DNA from: a virus
Taxonomy: Duplodnaviria > Heunggongvirae > Uroviricota > Caudoviricetes
Virus record (IMG/VR): IMGVR_UViG_3300027744_000008
Strand: one strand, 5' to 3'
DNA: 64,000 bases
Both the position numbers and the translations under genes were made by a program. Shown here one piece after another: positions 21,601 through 31,657 of this stretch; position 1 is the stretch's first letter; every line of letters begins with the position of its first letter. The notes under the pieces are model-generated. The model searched no databases. It saw only the letters and a program-made list of their open reading frames with translations, and was not told the origin of the DNA.

Positions 21601-22056
21601 GTAGCACTGAATACTGGACAACGCGATGTACTGCAAAAAATTTGTAAAGTCAATCCGTTGACATTTATCACCGGTACAGGACTTGTTAACTACGGTCAAT
21701 TGACTCGTGCTAGAAATGCAAGCTCATTGGATCGCATCAACGTAGCTCGACTAATAGTTTATCTACGTCGTCAACTAAACAATCTAGCAAAACCATATAT
21801 CTTTGAACCAAATGATAAGATTACTAGAGATGAAATTAAACAAGCCGCTGAAAGTCTAATGTTAGAATTAGTTGGACAACGTGCCATATATGACTTCTTA
21901 GTTGTATGTGATACTAGCAATAACACGCCGACAAGAATTGATCGTAATGAACTATATCTTGACATTGCCATTGAGCCAGTTAAAGCAGTTGAATTTATCT
22001 ACATTCCACTACGCTTGAAAAATACCGGTGAAATCAAAGGCCTTGGCGGCAAATAA
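18652..22056 (+). CDS. Contractile tail sheath protein (T4 gp18-like) with large insertions
   Basis: LESPGVAVTVIDES N-terminus; PWFAPAGTRRG, LDRINVARL, FEPND and IEPVKAVEFIYIP motifs. Confidence 0.93.
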   Translation: MAQLESPGVAVTVIDESFYTPAAPGTTPLIIVASKQDKQNGAGTGVALGTTQANAGKVYLLTSQKDLADTFGTPRFITDSNNNPVHGSELNEYGLQAAYSYLGVSNRAYVVRADIDLGQLEASAEAPTGEPVNGTYWVDVGSTKFGIFQWNGEPANVTGGQTFTNKVPLVITDAAKVLDGGQPRTSIGSVGDYAVVATSSTFRIWYKSPAIGQYRPVLWVEVGSADWVNSWPTLTTGVVDLTNISDLSQFNINDQLITIEAAIPGSPTLQDIVDAINLDTPEGTVAVVRAGRILIYSDFEPIVIDSTGIVQEDLVDFEALGVVEPGVAIPVPTIQISKHTQVPNWSLKGDEPRVSGSVWIKTTEYNAGAKWVVKRYDSSTSSWVTQLAPLYPNGYSALYGLDVAGGGSKLPINTLYIKTNDGESDPVIADFKVYRRSAVGATTITSDVITDTTFTDGVTYQVAIRESLKGQDTLGNEVIVSIIGADPLDLPSGALTKAQADAESLAAAISEATDIDGNGFFNLTAEVTAQNKVKITHLLGGDFELVDDTAQRTIATLFVGDSNFFEAPPSIQDDIEDPNHFLASLWKPLSGAVNSITQPTTEPEDGTLWYNSIYDEVDLLVHNGSAWVGLQYDGLTGLSDTASPFSGTADINGPITSSTMPTKQSDGITDLGEGDIWIDPSQPEFYPFIFKWNTSTFKWDQLDTTDDTTENGVLFADARWGVDGGTSTVATKSTIKELLSSDYVDPDSPVPALYPRGMLLWNTRRSGWNVKKYVKNYIETEADSINSRQGGVSTTNYFPHRWVTESGNQENGAGRFSRQAQRQVVLVALRALVNSNQEIRDEESRVFNLIAAPGYEELTGPMVNLNYDRGLTAFVVGDSPSRLPPDATSLSNWGTNVYGSVIDDVLGLVTNDEYLGVFYPWGFTSDNLGKNIVVPPSHMMLRTIALSDNVSYPWFAPAGTRRGGITNASAVGYIDFVSGEFQSVALNTGQRDVLQKICKVNPLTFITGTGLVNYGQLTRARNASSLDRINVARLIVYLRRQLNNLAKPYIFEPNDKITRDEIKQAAESLMLELVGQRAIYDFLVVCDTSNNTPTRIDRNELYLDIAIEPVKAVEFIYIPLRLKNTGEIKGLGGK

Positions 22057-22069
22057 TTAGGAGATAAAA

Positions 22070-22696
22070 ATGGCAATTGCAACACTTTCAAAATTTACAG
22101 TACCTTTAGCTAGCGATCAGTCAGCTAGCGCACAGGGTATGTTAATGCCAAAATTAAAATATCGCTTCAGAGTGATGTTTGAAAATTTTGGTGTATCAAC
22201 TCCAACAACTGAATTAACTAAGCAAGTTATTTCAGCAGCTCGTCCTAATGTATCGTTCGCACCGCAAAAAATTGAAATTTACAATTCAACAGTTAACTAT
22301 GCTGGTAAATACACATGGGCACCAATTGCTGTTAATCTTCGTGATGATGTCACTGGTGCAGTCAGTAAGTTAGTCGGCGAACAGATGCAGAAACAATTTG
22401 ACTTCTTTGAACAAAGTAGTGCAGCCAGCGGTGCTGACTATAAGTTTACCATGCGTATTGAAATGCTAGACGGCGGCAACGGCGCCAATGCAGTCACTGT
22501 CTTAGAAACATGGGAATGTTATGGTTGCTTTGTAGTTTCAGCAAACTATCAAAGTATTGCCTATAGTGAGCAGACTCCTGCACAGATTGATCTATCAATT
22601 CAAATGGATAACTGTATACAAACTCCGCAAGGAACAGGTATCGGTTCAGTAGTGGGACGTACAATAAATACGCTGGCCACAGGCGGCGGTATTTAA
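22070..22696 (+). CDS. Tail tube protein (gp19-like)
   Basis: Follows the sheath gene; PKLKYRFRV and YAGKYTWAPIAVNLRDD motifs. Confidence 0.85.
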   Translation: MAIATLSKFTVPLASDQSASAQGMLMPKLKYRFRVMFENFGVSTPTTELTKQVISAARPNVSFAPQKIEIYNSTVNYAGKYTWAPIAVNLRDDVTGAVSKLVGEQMQKQFDFFEQSSAASGADYKFTMRIEMLDGGNGANAVTVLETWECYGCFVVSANYQSIAYSEQTPAQIDLSIQMDNCIQTPQGTGIGSVVGRTINTLATGGGI

Positions 22697-22700
22697 TAAT

Positions 22701-22727
22701 AAAAGGACTGGCAACAGTCCTTTTTTA
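22701..22727 (+). terminator. Rho-independent terminator
   Basis: AAAAGGACTG-GCAA-CAGTCCTTTTTT. Confidence 0.85.
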
Positions 22728-22774
22728 TGGGTTGTTATTAACTACGTAGTTAATTTGGTTCGATAAATAATTAC

Positions 22775-23839
22775 ATGGCAAACTTATTCGAAGGCTTTCT
22801 AAACAACACACTTTATGGTGCTACACATCCTAAAGGGCAACTAGGCGACTTTCAACATGCTGCCCGGACCTTTACAGATGATACTTTTAGACTAGCACCT
22901 AAACAAAAATTCTTATTTCATGTTAGTTTTAGCATTAACACTGATGCTCTTAAAAACACTTCACTAGATCAACGACACCGTAATGAAATCAACCTCATGG
23001 TGAAGAGTGTTGCTCTACCAAATTTTACTATAAAAACAGAAACGGTAAATCAATACAACAGAAAAAAGATTGTACAAACACAAATAGATTATCAACCAGT
23101 TTCTTTTAAATTCCACGATGATAACATGGGGTTAGTAAATCAATTGTGGCAAAACTATTATGGTTACTACTATGCAGATTCAAGAACAGCAAAATCAATC
23201 CCTGGATCTTATAATAGAACTAGTATGCGTGGACAAGAATTTATTAGAGGACGTTACGGGTTTGACAATGATAGTTCTATTCCGTTCTTTAGAAAAGTGA
23301 CAATATATCAAATGGCTAGACATCAATTTGTTAGCTATACTCTAGTTAATCCTATCATTACTTCATGGAACCACGAACAATTAGATTATGCAAATGGTTC
23401 CCCCCACGAAAACAGTATGTCGTTAGGCTACGAAGCAGTGTATTATGGATCGGGTAGAGTTCAACGAGGTAATCCTGAAGGATTTGCTCTAGAACATTAT
23501 GATCTAAGTCCAAGCCCGCTGAGCGTAGCAGGTGGGGGCACGGCAAGTTTGTTTGGAGACGGCGGAGTTATTGCCGGAGCATCAGAAGTGCTCGGTGATA
23601 TTTTTAGTGGCGGCGCATTTGAAAATCCTGCTAATTTTATCTCAACTGCAATTAAAACCGTTAACACTTATGAAAATTCTAAGAGATTAACCAATGCTGG
23701 AATTAAACAGGAAGGCAAGAATATAATTACTAAAACTCTTAATTCTGTAGCTACTCAAGGAGTAAGCGGAATCAATGGCGTTGCGTTCCCACAAACACAG
23801 GTTAATTCTACAAATACTAAAGCTGTACCTAGATTTTAA
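22775..23839 (+). CDS. Tail tube-like/baseplate tube-initiator protein (gp48/gp54-like)
   Basis: VKSVALPNF...NQYNRK...YQPVSFKFHDDN, a tube-fold pattern. Confidence 0.65.
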   Translation: MANLFEGFLNNTLYGATHPKGQLGDFQHAARTFTDDTFRLAPKQKFLFHVSFSINTDALKNTSLDQRHRNEINLMVKSVALPNFTIKTETVNQYNRKKIVQTQIDYQPVSFKFHDDNMGLVNQLWQNYYGYYYADSRTAKSIPGSYNRTSMRGQEFIRGRYGFDNDSSIPFFRKVTIYQMARHQFVSYTLVNPIITSWNHEQLDYANGSPHENSMSLGYEAVYYGSGRVQRGNPEGFALEHYDLSPSPLSVAGGGTASLFGDGGVIAGASEVLGDIFSGGAFENPANFISTAIKTVNTYENSKRLTNAGIKQEGKNIITKTLNSVATQGVSGINGVAFPQTQVNSTNTKAVPRF

Positions 23840-23841
23840 TT

Positions 23842-24210
23842 ATGATAAACAATTTACCCCAATCAACTAATAAAGACAGTTCAACGGAAGTCAAAAGTTT
23901 CTTTGATAAATTTTTCCTGCATGAAGTAAGTTTCCCAGCCGCTGAAATTGACGCTATTGTGACGTTCTTTTTAAAAAGAGGATTTGATACAGATGCTAGC
24001 CGTAGTGTTGCTATCATACTATTAAATCAAGCTAGAAATGATAATGTTAATGTTTTTAAATTAATAGATACGCTTAAAGGTCTAACTGATCTACAACTAA
24101 GCCAAGTAGTTGCAGAAGTTCTTAACAATTATCGAGAAAAAACTAGCGTCATGGGTTATAAAATTGCCCCCATTGACGATACCTTTGAAAGTCGTAATAT
24201 TCTAGTATGA
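23842..24210 (+). CDS. Hypothetical protein
   Basis: ORF within the structural operon. Confidence 0.6.
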   Translation: MINNLPQSTNKDSSTEVKSFFDKFFLHEVSFPAAEIDAIVTFFLKRGFDTDASRSVAIILLNQARNDNVNVFKLIDTLKGLTDLQLSQVVAEVLNNYREKTSVMGYKIAPIDDTFESRNILV

Positions 24211-24641
24211 GTCGTTTTGCTCAGGGTAAATTTGTTCCTAAGAATCCACAAAAGTACATAGGATTAAAAACTCCCACATATAGAAGTAGTTGGGAATGGC
24301 AGTTTATGCAGTTCTGTGATACAAATGCAGCCATACATCAATGGGCATGTGAAGCAATAAGAATTCCCTATAGAAATCCTCTGACTAACAAAAATTCTAT
24401 ATATGTTCCTGATTTTTTTATACAATACGTTGATGCTAAAAGTCGAACAAATGTAGAACTAATTGAAATTAAACCGCAAAATCAAGCATTTTTAGAAGAT
24501 GTAGGTAAGAGTAAAGTACGACAAGCACAGTATATTCAAAATCAAGCTAAATGGGCCGCTGCTAATGCATGGTGCCGACAGCAAGGCATAAAATTTAGAA
24601 TTATCACTGAAAATGACCTGTTTCACAACGGCTCAAGATAA
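24207..24641 (+). CDS. Head completion nuclease (T4 gp4-like, TnsA-N fold)
   Basis: GKFVPKNPQKYIG...YRSSWE...YVPDF...IEIKP...KWAAA...F.IITE. Confidence 0.88.
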   Translation: MSRFAQGKFVPKNPQKYIGLKTPTYRSSWEWQFMQFCDTNAAIHQWACEAIRIPYRNPLTNKNSIYVPDFFIQYVDAKSRTNVELIEIKPQNQAFLEDVGKSKVRQAQYIQNQAKWAAANAWCRQQGIKFRIITENDLFHNGSR

Positions 24642-24648
24642 GTAAAGT

Positions 24649-25134
24649 ATGACTAAAAAACTTGAGGAGATTTTAAATCTTCCAGAAAATAAAAAACTTA
24701 TTAAAGCTGAGGAAAAGCGAAAAGATGATCTTCCTCAAGCACAGCCATTCCTTAGAGACATTGAAGAATTTGATAAAATTTCACAATCACTACCTCAGGT
24801 CAAAGGACTAGGCGATGCCAGCGATGCAGAGTTTGATTCATTGGCGCAACGTGCTACAGATGCCTACGACGACCTAATGGATTTAGGCATGAATGTAGAA
24901 GCACGGTACAGTGGCCGTATCTTTGAAGTAGCAGGCGGCATGCTTAAAAATGCCATTGACGCAAAGGCTGCAAAGATTGATAAAAAACTTAAAATGATTG
25001 AGCTTCAACTTAAAAAACAAAAGTTAGATCAAGATGCTCAGGGCGGCGAAGGCGGCCTTACTATTCCAGGCGACGGTTATATTGTTACAGATCGCAATAG
25101 TCTACTGGAAAAACTAAAAAATATGAATAAATAA
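24649..25134 (+). CDS. Probable terminase small subunit
   Basis: Helical; DLMDLGMNVE...RIFEVAGGML...DRNSLLEKL pattern; lies upstream of the large subunit. Confidence 0.55.
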   Translation: MTKKLEEILNLPENKKLIKAEEKRKDDLPQAQPFLRDIEEFDKISQSLPQVKGLGDASDAEFDSLAQRATDAYDDLMDLGMNVEARYSGRIFEVAGGMLKNAIDAKAAKIDKKLKMIELQLKKQKLDQDAQGGEGGLTIPGDGYIVTDRNSLLEKLKNMNK

Positions 25135-25151
25135 TGTATACGGAATCTATT

Positions 25152-25769
25152 ATGACCTCATTTAAAGAATACCTAGCAGAAAGCAAAAAAACTTACTCGT
25201 TTAGAGTTAAAGTTGCCGGCGAGATAGAAAAAAATCTTGCATCTCGTGTCAAAGAAGCATTGGCAAAATACGACTGCGGAAAAGTAAGCGCAGCCAAAAG
25301 AACACCTATCCAAGAAACTCATATAGATTTTCCGGAACTTAAGAACATAGAAGTTAACACATTTGAACTCGAATTAAACTATCCAACAACTAGTTTTGTT
25401 CTAAAAAATGAGTTATCTGAAAAATTAAATATCCCCCAAGCATTAATTAAAGTTCGTAATCCAATAGAAGAAGCGGAAGCGGAAATGAATCATGCCCACA
25501 TGCTTGCACCGGGGAACGGTGAATCGTTATTGGAAAAAGATTACGAAAAAAATGCTGATGGTCAAAAGCTAGTTGGACAAGATCACGTTACTAGTTTCTT
25601 AAAAGAACTTAATAAAATTAATGCAGATCGTAAAGCGAGTATAACAAAAACAGCATCAACAGAAAAAGTTGAATCAACTACTGTAGAATTTGAAACTCCT
25701 AAAGAAGGTCGTAAAGGTCCATTAGGCGGCATTAAAAACATTGATCCACAAAAAGGAAAAACAAAATGA
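25152..25769 (+). CDS. Hypothetical virion/head protein
   Basis: MTSFKEYLAES N-terminus; TAAATA upstream. The start could instead be 25134. Confidence 0.55.
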   Translation: MTSFKEYLAESKKTYSFRVKVAGEIEKNLASRVKEALAKYDCGKVSAAKRTPIQETHIDFPELKNIEVNTFELELNYPTTSFVLKNELSEKLNIPQALIKVRNPIEEAEAEMNHAHMLAPGNGESLLEKDYEKNADGQKLVGQDHVTSFLKELNKINADRKASITKTASTEKVESTTVEFETPKEGRKGPLGGIKNIDPQKGKTK

Positions 25770-26626
25770 ATTTTAGAGACTTATATCAAAAAATTAAATC
25801 TATCGAAGAAGCCGGTCCGGCAATGATGGATCCCAATGCAATAATGCAACAACAAATGGGCGCAATGCAAGCTAAGATGCCTAATTTAGATCCTGCCACT
25901 ATGATGAAGAATCAACAGGCAAGAATGGCACAGATGAAGGCCAAGCAACCTGTCTCTTCACAAGGTACATGGACGCAGCAAGGTGTTCCTGCAGGCCAAC
26001 CGGCTGCACCAACAGCACCAACTATGCCAGTGCCGCCAACACCGCCACAAGCCACAGCAACAACTACAGGCGGTACTGCTACAACAAGAACATCCACCGC
26101 ACCAGCAGCAGCACCAACTCAAGATGTAGATTGGGAAGAATCAATCGATAACACTCCAGAAAAGCCTGTAGAAGAATGTGGGCCAATGGGGCCAAGTGGT
26201 ATGATGGGTATGCGAGATCAACAGCAAGACAGTGTCAACATGAATCTTAGCATGAATGGCCAAGGCGTTGGTGGTATTAGAGATTTAATGTCAATCTTAA
26301 AGAACATTGAAACTGGCGGCAGCGCCGACCGTGTGCAACCTGATAATCTTGAACTAGATATTAAGAGCATGCCTCATCCACACGAAAAACCAGACCATAG
26401 CGAGCACGATGGCCTTGTGTTTGGCAACGACATGGAAGAAGAATACGCTAATCAACCTGATGAAATGTACTCAACTATTGACGATATTACAAATATTGGA
26501 TCAAATGCTGGTCGTGGCGATAACGAGCGTCCAAAAGTTAATGGAGGTGGTAACCCTTATACCGCTACTTCAGAAGGTATTAAACGACAATTACAAAATC
26601 TATATCAAGAAGTTAAGAGTAGATAA
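25766..26626 (+). CDS. Low-complexity (M/Q/P/T-rich) hypothetical protein, possible internal head protein
   Basis: Composition and late-operon context. Confidence 0.55.
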   Translation: MNFRDLYQKIKSIEEAGPAMMDPNAIMQQQMGAMQAKMPNLDPATMMKNQQARMAQMKAKQPVSSQGTWTQQGVPAGQPAAPTAPTMPVPPTPPQATATTTGGTATTRTSTAPAAAPTQDVDWEESIDNTPEKPVEECGPMGPSGMMGMRDQQQDSVNMNLSMNGQGVGGIRDLMSILKNIETGGSADRVQPDNLELDIKSMPHPHEKPDHSEHDGLVFGNDMEEEYANQPDEMYSTIDDITNIGSNAGRGDNERPKVNGGGNPYTATSEGIKRQLQNLYQEVKSR

Positions 26627-26644
26627 ACTGACTTTAAGTCGCTC

Positions 26645-26673
26645 AAATGGGCTCTTCGGAGCCCATTTTTTTT
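26645..26673 (+). terminator. Rho-independent terminator
   Basis: AAATGGGCTC-TTCG-GAGCCCATTTTTTTT. Confidence 0.9.
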
Positions 26674-26686
26674 AGTAAATAAGCAT

Positions 26687-28279
26687 ATGGGAAAAAGCCT
26701 CGACGGCGTCTTAATTAAAAAGGCGCACAAGCAAGAACGATTCACTGAACAACAGGTTCAAGAAATGCTCGCCTGTGCAGATCCTGTCACGGGTTACGAT
26801 TATTTTGTTAAAAATTTCTTTTATATACAACATCCTGTAAAAGGAAAATTATTATTTGAACCGTATGGATATCAAGAACGACTGCTACACAGCTATCACG
26901 ATAATAGATTTAACATTAACATGCTGCCTCGACAAAGCGGTAAGACAACCTGTGCCGCTGGATATTTACTATGGTTTGCAATGTTTCGTCCAGATCAAAC
27001 AATCCTAGTGGCCGCGCACAAGTATACAGGCGCCCAAGAAATTATGCAGCGTATTCGATATGCCTATGAAGATTGTCCTGATCATATCCGTGCAGGTGCA
27101 ACAAACTACAATAAAGGTAGTATAGAATTTGACAACGGAAGTCGTATAGTAAGCGCAACGACCACGGGTAACACAGGGCGTGGTATGAGTATATCTTTAC
27201 TATATTGTGACGAGTTTGCCTTTGTGCAACCCAACATTGCTACAGAGTTTTGGACTTCTATCTCCCCTACACTGGCTACTGGTGGTCGAGCAATTATTAC
27301 ATCAACACCCAACAGTGACGAAGATGAATTTGCAACTATCTGGAAAGAAGCCAATAAGAAATTTGACGAATTTGGTAACGAAACTGCGTTAGGTATTAAC
27401 GGATTCTTTTCTTATACAGCCCACTGGAATGAACATCCTGATAGAGATGATGCGTGGGCAGCAATTGAAAAAGGACGTATTGGAGAAGAACGTTTCCGTC
27501 GTGAGTACGGTTGTGAATTCTTAATCTATGACGAAACTTTGATCAACAGTATTAAACTTAGCGAACTAGAAGGAAAAGAACCTGTTAGTCGAATGGGGCA
27601 AACTAGAATATATAAAAAACCAAAAGCAGGCAACATATATGTTGTTAGTCTTGACCCTAGTCTGGGTACCGGTGGAAATTATTCTGCTATCGAGGTAATA
27701 GAATTGCCTAGCTTTGAACAAGTTGCCGAGTGGCATCATAACGAAACTCCTATACAAGGACAAGTACGAATACTTCGAGATATTTTAAAATGGATTGAAG
27801 ACAATGTAGGTTCGGATAGTGCCGGGGATATATATTGGTCAATAGAAAACAATAATATAGGAGAAGCTGGACTAGTTGTAATTAAAGACATAGGCGAAGA
27901 TCAGTTTCCGGGACTGTTTGTATCAGAACCAATGCGTAAAGGTCATATACGTAAGTTTAGAAAAGGTTTTAATACTACTCACGGTAGTAAAATTGCTGTG
28001 TGTGCTAGATTAAAGCATTTAATTGAATCTAATACACTTAAAATAAACAGCAAACCGTTGATAGTTGAACTTAAAGCATTTATAGCACAAGGCGTAAGTT
28101 TTAAAGCAAAATCTGGAGAATACGACGATTTAGTATCGGCGTTGTTGCTGGCAATACGGATGAGTCAGGTATTAGCAGATTGGGATCCTAGAGTATTTGA
28201 AACATTAAGCAGCAGAGGAGAGTTTGGCGATGAAGACTTTGAGCCGCCAATGCCAATATTTGTTTCTTCGGGCATGTGA
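26687..28279 (+). CDS. Terminase large subunit (T4 gp17-like)
   Basis: Walker A PRQSGKTT, Walker B LLYCDEFAFV, ITSTPN, nuclease motifs SLDPSLG and YDDLV. Confidence 0.95.
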   Translation: MGKSLDGVLIKKAHKQERFTEQQVQEMLACADPVTGYDYFVKNFFYIQHPVKGKLLFEPYGYQERLLHSYHDNRFNINMLPRQSGKTTCAAGYLLWFAMFRPDQTILVAAHKYTGAQEIMQRIRYAYEDCPDHIRAGATNYNKGSIEFDNGSRIVSATTTGNTGRGMSISLLYCDEFAFVQPNIATEFWTSISPTLATGGRAIITSTPNSDEDEFATIWKEANKKFDEFGNETALGINGFFSYTAHWNEHPDRDDAWAAIEKGRIGEERFRREYGCEFLIYDETLINSIKLSELEGKEPVSRMGQTRIYKKPKAGNIYVVSLDPSLGTGGNYSAIEVIELPSFEQVAEWHHNETPIQGQVRILRDILKWIEDNVGSDSAGDIYWSIENNNIGEAGLVVIKDIGEDQFPGLFVSEPMRKGHIRKFRKGFNTTHGSKIAVCARLKHLIESNTLKINSKPLIVELKAFIAQGVSFKAKSGEYDDLVSALLLAIRMSQVLADWDPRVFETLSSRGEFGDEDFEPPMPIFVSSGM

Positions 28280-28290
28280 TAAATAGTACT

Positions 28291-31200
28291 ATGAATGCAA
28301 ATCTAAATAATATCGCCGAAGAACTGTTTGGAAAAATACGTACAAGATTTCCTAAGATTGACTTAGGAGATGAACAAGGTAAAGTTATTGACAACGAAGA
28401 TCAGCTTAAAAACGCAAGATTTTTTGATTTTGACTACGTTAAAGAAGGTGTGAGTTTAGGATCAGTTTCTATTAAGTTGTCAGAAGAGAAGGGATTGACA
28501 GTTATGTACAGTAATGACATAGCAGAAGGTCAATCACAAAATATTGTTAATGAATGGTACGGATTCTTAAAATCATTAAGAGAATTTGCAAGAAGAAGAC
28601 TGTTAAATTTTAGTACTAGAAATCTTGTTAAATCTAATTTAGATAAACGAGATTATAATTTTTTATCCAAAACTGGCGGAGACGGGCAAATGACAGAAAG
28701 TAAAATGCGAGGAACTAATAGAACTAGTTTCCAAGATATAGGCGAAGCAAAAATTATTGTCAAACATTCACAGAATGTAAACTATGATAATCCAGCTGGA
28801 AGAACACTACACATTGAAAGTATTTTTATTGAAAATGCTAACGGTGAGCGATTCTTATATCCTTTTAAACATCTAAATGGTGCTAGAGCATTGGCACAAC
28901 ACGTTGCTCATGGCGGTAATCCGTATGATGCTATCGGCGAACATGTCATTGGCCTTTCAGAGGAATTATCAAAATTACGATTCTTTAAAGGTTATGTTGG
29001 ACGCCAAGATCAAATTTCAGAAGCAATGAGTTCAGTTACTGGTAAAGTTATCGAACGCATTGAACAAGTTAAAAAAGAAATTCATCAATTACAAAGCGCC
29101 ACACATTATAATTCATTTGTAGAATCATTTGCTCAATCTGAAGCACAACAAATCCCAGAAGATTTAGTTAATGATTGGGTTGACAAATTAACTATTCGTA
29201 ATTTTAACGAAGCATTGAAAGATGTTTTCCCCTACATTTATAAATTAGTTGGTGAAAATTCTAACGTTACAGAATTAACACCTGATGATTTACTAGGTGA
29301 AGAATCAGAAGAAAAATGTGATGACTGTCGTAAACCAGTCGACGATTGTGAATGTGATGATCACGACCACAACAAAGATATTAAAGAATTTTCAGACTTT
29401 GAATACGCATTAGAAGATATTATTTCCGAAGATGAAGGTATTACTAGCAGTGATGATGAAGTAAAATCAGCAGCATTAGAAAAATTAAATCAATTCTTAT
29501 CAACAAATCCTACAGCAGGAACCGACGGTACTAATGCTACTATGAGTTTAAAAGACATTATTAAAGATGCTAAATTCATTAGTGTGCTTAAGAGTCTTCC
29601 AGGAGAAACAGAATTAGCTCCGGTTATTAAAGGTTATCTAGAAACAGAACACCCCGAACTAGTTGATCAAGTAACATTCCCTGAAGCAGGAGCAACACCA
29701 GTTGCACCAGCACCAGTAGCGGCAGAGCCAGTAGCGGCAGAAACACCACCCGCAGCACCAGCTGCACCAGAACAAGGAGCAGCAATGCCATTAGAACAAC
29801 CAGTAGCAGCAGAAAGTAGTGATGACGCACCATTTGACGGCGGCCGTCCAATAAAAGATAAAAAAGATCAATTTGGTAACGTTGTTAAAAAACGTGCCCA
29901 ACATTCAGCCAAGCAGGGACTTGCCGCAGCCATTGAAAAGGCACGTAAAGCAGGAATGAAAAGTGAAGACATTATCGAAGTCGGAGGACAAAAAATGTCA
30001 TTAAGTGAACTTGCAGAACGTGCCGGCATTGAGCTAACACCACATCCAAAAGAGATTGTGGAGTTTATCAAATCATTCTATGACAGAGAGCATGGAACAT
30101 TTCCTAAAGGTGAGACAGGTGTATTAATTGCCACAGAAAAGAAATTTGGTGACAGTGCTACACCGATTGCACATCGTGTTATTGAAACACTATCACAGAT
30201 TAGTGAAACACACCGTATGAGAAAATTAGCCGGCCTGAGACCAGATAATATGGCATTTGAAAGTGTTACATACGAATCATTGATGTTAGAAGCACCAGAT
30301 CCGGCTGTAATGCAACTACAACAACAATTGATTGCCAAGGGTGCAAAGATTAAAGCCGACGGTATTATGGGACCAGCTACGCAGGCTGCTCAGGCACAAT
30401 TTGGTATTAGTCCAGCAGCACAGGCCGTAGGTACAACACCAGCTAAAGGTAATAAACCAGATGGCACACCTGGCCAAAGACCTACTATGCCAAGAGATCC
30501 ACGCCTGTTAACAAACATCGATGGCGGTGCCGGAGCAATTGCCCTTGCACAAGCCAGTGCTGCTAGAAATCAGAAAAAACCAGCAGGCTCAGCAGCTCAA
30601 CCAACGCCGGCAGCTCCGGCAGCTCCAGCAGCACCAGTTGCACCAATCAGCGGTGGCGGTACTCCAATGAATGCCGCAGATCTAGCAAAAGCACAAGGTA
30701 AAGAACCGGCACCGGCTGCAGAACCAGCAGCAGATCCAAATGCACCGGAACAAGCAACTATGGCAGATGGTCCAGCAGGTAGCCAAGCTCAAACAGCAGG
30801 CGGCTCGAATGAATTAGCCAAGGCCGGCATAATGGGTGGTAAACCAGCAGCAGCACCAGCAGCAGATCCAACCGCAGCAGTTAATCCAATGGCTGGTTTT
30901 AAAAACAGTGGCGGTAATGGAGGCGGAGCTGGTCCATCATATGCAGGCCAAGGCGGCAATCAAACTACAGCCGCACCAGCGCCGGCAGCAGATCCAACCG
31001 CAGCAGTTAATCCAATGGCTGGTTTTAAAAACAGTGGCGGTAATGGAGGCGGAGCTGGTCCATCATATGCAGGCCAAGGCGGCAATCAAACTACACCAGC
31101 AGCGGCACCCGCTGGACAAGCAGCGCAACCGGCTCCATTATCTACAGTACAACCCGCAGTTACAAGTCCTGTATCAGGTCAACAATGGAAAACAGGTGAT

Positions 31201-31593
31201 GGTAGCACACTTAAATCAAGGTCTGATCTTGAAATTGCCTGGTCAAACCAGCCTGGCAACAGAGGTAAAACATATCCAGGAGATGCTGCGGCACAACAAC
31301 AGGTTAGTGCAGATGATGCTAATCGCCAAACGAATTTAAACGCTCTTAAAGGCCTATTTGGCGGAAATAAACCACCTGCTGGACAAGCAGCTCAACCAGC
31401 ACCAGGTGCTGCGGCGGATGGTGGCCCTGCACCTACTCCTGCACAGTTAAAGTGGCTCGGTGGCGCTGACCCAACTGATAAATTTATTCTTGCTAGAATG
31501 AGAAAGGCTGTACCAAATGCTCCAGCGGCTGAATCGGTTAGCTTTAAGAATGATGAATTGAGCAGAATTATTAATCTAGTACATCATAGATAA
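28291..31593 (+). CDS. Large virion-associated protein with a peptidoglycan-binding-like motif and Ala/Pro/Gly-rich repeats
   Basis: VMQLQQQLIAKGAKIKADGIMGPATQAA resembles PG_binding_1; TAAATA 5 nt before ATG 28291. Confidence 0.6.
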   Translation: MNANLNNIAEELFGKIRTRFPKIDLGDEQGKVIDNEDQLKNARFFDFDYVKEGVSLGSVSIKLSEEKGLTVMYSNDIAEGQSQNIVNEWYGFLKSLREFARRRLLNFSTRNLVKSNLDKRDYNFLSKTGGDGQMTESKMRGTNRTSFQDIGEAKIIVKHSQNVNYDNPAGRTLHIESIFIENANGERFLYPFKHLNGARALAQHVAHGGNPYDAIGEHVIGLSEELSKLRFFKGYVGRQDQISEAMSSVTGKVIERIEQVKKEIHQLQSATHYNSFVESFAQSEAQQIPEDLVNDWVDKLTIRNFNEALKDVFPYIYKLVGENSNVTELTPDDLLGEESEEKCDDCRKPVDDCECDDHDHNKDIKEFSDFEYALEDIISEDEGITSSDDEVKSAALEKLNQFLSTNPTAGTDGTNATMSLKDIIKDAKFISVLKSLPGETELAPVIKGYLETEHPELVDQVTFPEAGATPVAPAPVAAEPVAAETPPAAPAAPEQGAAMPLEQPVAAESSDDAPFDGGRPIKDKKDQFGNVVKKRAQHSAKQGLAAAIEKARKAGMKSEDIIEVGGQKMSLSELAERAGIELTPHPKEIVEFIKSFYDREHGTFPKGETGVLIATEKKFGDSATPIAHRVIETLSQISETHRMRKLAGLRPDNMAFESVTYESLMLEAPDPAVMQLQQQLIAKGAKIKADGIMGPATQAAQAQFGISPAAQAVGTTPAKGNKPDGTPGQRPTMPRDPRLLTNIDGGAGAIALAQASAARNQKKPAGSAAQPTPAAPAAPAAPVAPISGGGTPMNAADLAKAQGKEPAPAAEPAADPNAPEQATMADGPAGSQAQTAGGSNELAKAGIMGGKPAAAPAADPTAAVNPMAGFKNSGGNGGGAGPSYAGQGGNQTTAAPAPAADPTAAVNPMAGFKNSGGNGGGAGPSYAGQGGNQTTPAAAPAGQAAQPAPLSTVQPAVTSPVSGQQWKTGDGSTLKSRSDLEIAWSNQPGNRGKTYPGDAAAQQQVSADDANRQTNLNALKGLFGGNKPPAGQAAQPAPGAAADGGPAPTPAQLKWLGGADPTDKFILARMRKAVPNAPAAESVSFKNDELSRIINLVHHR
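30859..31095 (+). repeat. Perfect 111-bp direct repeat (30859-30969 and 30985-31095; 126-nt period)
   Basis: AADPTAAVNPMAGFKNSGGNGGGAGPSYAGQGGNQTT is encoded twice by identical DNA. Confidence 0.92.
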
Positions 31594-31628
31594 TTGGTGA
31601 AATAACTCAGTTTTAAGCAAGATATCTC

Positions 31629-31657
31629 TTGCAAAGCTAAATAAAAACGTATACAAT
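31629..31657 (+). promoter_or_regulatory. Sigma70-type promoter (TTGCAA-17-TACAAT) overlapping a late TAAATA motif, upstream of the SSB gene
   Basis: Direct motif match; CTAAATA at 31637. Confidence 0.6.
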
